NCBI GenBank assembly: GCA_028534125.1
Contig: CM052847.1
Span: 14,012,001 to 14,076,000 of the forward strand
Direction: 5' to 3'
DNA from: Lama glama
Lineage: Eukaryota
DNA length: 64,000 bases
The stretch's first letter is position 1. Each line of letters begins with the position of its first letter. Of this stretch, positions 63,576 through 64,000 are shown one piece after another. The notes under the pieces are model-generated. The model saw only the letters and a program-made list of their open reading frames with translations. It ran no database searches and was not told the origin of the DNA. A program made the position numbers and the translations under genes.

Positions 63576-64000
63576 CTTTTAAGTAAGGAAAAAAGGACTT
63601 CAGGTTAAGATCATTCTCAAACACACAAAAAGAAATACACAGGCATAGACTGAATCAGTATAATAAAATCTCAATTAAGTCTATCATGTATCATTGCTTA
63701 AATCATTAAAACTTCAAGCGTGGCTCAATTTTTACACATTATAAATTTCTAAATATTGCACTTCATCTGCCAATATATTACCTACTAAATTAAATATGTC
63801 AGATATATTGTCATAATGATGACAAATTTCCTTAGTCATAAATATGTATGTAAGATTACTTTTAAAAGATATTTTGCAGTCCATGTAATGTCTTTCTTGC
63901 TGAAAATCAGTATCTGTAAGATACAATTCTGTATAGGTAAATCCACCTTTGGTCATACTTAGTAATACGTATTATAATGAAAAACCTCACTTTATCACCT

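Noticed and set aside
1-64000. Prokaryotic-type systems (CRISPR, operons, defence islands) or intact viral genes
   Set aside because: The sequence is mammalian intron/exon DNA, with no regular repeat-spacer array and no long intact ORF.

Overview
Eukaryotic (mammalian) DNA, most likely a camelid, inferred from three tRNA-Ala-derived SINEs. It holds the convergent 3' ends of two genes. DNAJC1 (MTJ1/ERdj1) is on +, with its last three coding exons at 410-458, 1656-2098 and 4437-4505. MLLT10 (AF10) is on -, with eleven constitutive coding exons from 63575 down to the stop at 18542, a 48-nt cassette exon at 57049-57096, and a 3' UTR ending near 16830. All visible exon boundaries have GT-AG ends and consistent phases. 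The ~12 kb between the genes is GC-rich and contains a CpG-rich candidate HOX/PBX enhancer. It also contains an internally deleted but two-ended L1 whose poly(A) tail abuts the MLLT10 cleavage region. MLLT10 introns are AT-rich and full of old L2, MIR, L1M, MLT1, MER and Tigger relics. I found no convincing wholly new biological system. The best leads are the L1 at the MLLT10 poly(A) site, a candidate poison exon, a conserved dual-frame alternative acceptor, sharply localised GC bursts, and eight N-runs that look like deliberate masking of real sequence. Almost all ORFs in the supplied track are spurious. Comparisons with human proteins and repeat consensuses are from memory and need alignment to confirm.
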